A stretch of 27,671 nucleotides of DNA, from NCBI GenBank assembly GCA_038243585.1, contig JBBSQY010000043.1, forward strand, positions 1 to 27,671. The letters run 5' to 3'. Both the position numbers and the translations under genes were made by a program. The notes beneath the pieces were generated by a model. It was given only the letters and a program-made list of their open reading frames with translations, did no database searches and was not told the origin of the DNA. Below, piece by piece: positions 26,652 through 27,671 of this stretch; the stretch's first letter is position 1; each line of letters starts with the position of its first letter. The DNA comes from Candidatus Sumerlaeales bacterium. Its GTDB lineage: Bacteria; Sumerlaeota; Sumerlaeia; Sumerlaeales; Sumerlaeaceae.

Positions 26652-26720
26652 GGCTGGATCGAATCGTGGCCTTGTAAAAGCCAATATACTGGCCGGCTAG
26701 TCCCGTCCGTTATCTGTATA

Positions 26721-27404
26721 TTATCTTACTCCGCCCGCCCTCATACGGAAGTGGCTGTGAATTGGCGCGAAGTCGTCCAGTCGGTGAGATTCGGTGGTGT
26801 GGGGCGGGTAGGAATCGATGATTAAAGGCATCCCGTCGGTGTCGCGCTTGTCAGAGACTATGGCGACGTGCCAGGGATGTGTCGACCCTTTGTAAACATA
26901 GAAGACGATGTCGCCGCCTTTCCAGTCGGTTAGCGGTTCGCCGGTGGTCTCAGTGGAAAGCGTAATGGCGTTCTTTTTAAGCCACGCAACGAGGTTGGGG
27001 CAACGGCGATGATCTATGTTGCGATCTGCGGCGCGCTTATCCCAGATATCAGGATAGGCGGACAGGCGAGCCTTGCGGTCCGTGGAAATTTCTTTCTGCA
27101 GGTCGATACCGGCGCGGCGAAATGCGCGGATTACCAGGTCAGTGCAAACGCCGGTGCCGTCGGCGACATCGCCGCCGGGATATTTGATCACTTCATAGTT
27201 CATGATATAAGGCACAGCCTTCCGGGCCTCCTCTCGAGCACCGGCAAGTATGGCGTCGGCAACAGATAGCCGCGAGCCGGTAGTGATCTCCGCCGACGAA
27301 GAAATGTTTTGCGCCATCGCAGGCGACGAAATAGTGGCGCCACATGAAAACAGGAAGGCGGTAAGGAGCGGAAATAAGGTCCGGAACGAGGTAGGAGTGG
27401 TCAT
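26721..27404 (-). CDS. DUF1287 (YijF-like) secreted protein
   Basis: YPGGDV...GVCTDLVIRAFR..GIDLQ, DRNIDHRR.PNL, W..GDIV and HVAIVSD. Start reassigned to ATG 27404, which gives a signal peptide. Confidence 0.88.
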   Translation of the reverse strand: MTTPTSFRTLFPLLTAFLFSCGATISSPAMAQNISSSAEITTGSRLSVADAILAGAREEARKAVPYIMNYEVIKYPGGDVADGTGVCTDLVIRAFRRAGIDLQKEISTDRKARLSAYPDIWDKRAADRNIDHRRCPNLVAWLKKNAITLSTETTGEPLTDWKGGDIVFYVYKGSTHPWHVAIVSDKRDTDGMPLIIDSYPPHTTESHRLDDFAPIHSHFRMRAGGVR

Positions 27405-27531
27405 AGTGGTCCGTTGGACAATCCTGAGCCTAACCAGTTCCGGATACAGCTCATCACGATTCAGAGAGTAGCCATGACCGCGACTCCTCGCAAGGAAGGG
27501 CACTTTTTCGACTAAAATTGTTACCTGTCCC

Positions 27532-27671
27532 GAATGGCACTAAGTTAAAGGTTTCTTGTATCGGCTCCGGTGAAGACATTCCTTGAAATCCTTTCTGGGT
27601 TTCGTCAGTCTCTGATAGTTTTTCGGTCTTCGTTTCACGGCGCGCGGTTCGGTGCGGTTAGGGCGTTTGGG
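27532..27671 (-). mobile_element. Right end of an IS4-family insertion sequence with terminal inverted repeat
   Basis: GAATGGCACTAAGTTAAAG at 27532-27550 resembles IS4-type ends (AATG....AGTTAA). The transposase stop codon lies inside it. Confidence 0.8.
27540..27671 (-). CDS. IS4-family transposase, C-terminal 43 aa (truncated by window edge)
   Basis: Manual translation gives PKRPNRTEPRAVKRRPKNYQRLTKPRKDFKECLHRSRYKKPLT*. RPxRxEPRAVKRRPKxY is a typical C-terminal tail of IS4-family transposases. Confidence 0.85.
   Translation of the reverse strand, partial: PKRPNRTEPRAVKRRPKNYQRLTKPRKDFKECLHRSRYKKPLT

Noticed and set aside
27405..27503. N-terminal 33-aa extension of the DUF1287 ORF
   Set aside because: It begins inside the palindrome next to the IS, and ATG 27404 gives a plausible signal peptide.
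1..27671. CRISPR array, prophage, retron/RT or toxin-antitoxin module
   Set aside because: I saw no regularly spaced direct repeats and no cas, phage or RT genes. The NYN protein is a LabA/DUF88 type with no adjacent antitoxin-like gene.

Overview
This is a gene-dense bacterial chromosomal window made mostly of unlinked housekeeping, envelope and stress genes. In order it holds: prephenate dehydrogenase, a small secreted beta-sandwich protein, UDP-glucuronate decarboxylase, a SAM methyltransferase, tRNA-Ser(CGA), a YhaO/YhaN (SbcCD-like Mre11/Rad50-type) nuclease-ATPase pair, flavohemoglobin (hmp) with an atypical Cys-rich Rrf2 regulator, glgX, an SRPBCC protein, hemC, a GHL10 hydrolase plus M29 aminopeptidase, a ~1340-aa lipoprotein of ~14 carboxypeptidase-regulatory-like repeats, a membrane-anchored protein with a GspG-like C-terminus, a DUF4091/GH123-like hydrolase, a NYN-LOTUS protein and a DUF1287 protein. 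The right edge contains the 3' end and terminal inverted repeat of an IS4-family element that the ORF track missed. The gene repertoire suggests a diderm of the Sumerlaeota/PVC-like kind, which is inference only. I found no CRISPR array, prophage or integrase, and I cannot demonstrate a wholly new system. The best leads are: (1) the non-canonical Rrf2-hmp module with a clear 31-bp palindromic operator unlike an NsrR box; (2) a family of decayed GTAG-type REP-like repeats, one overlapping the hemC stop codon, plus an IS4 end abutting another palindrome; (3) the yhaON pair directly behind a tRNA; (4) the divergent repeat-lipoprotein/pseudopilin-like gene pair. All family assignments come from motif recognition, not database searches.
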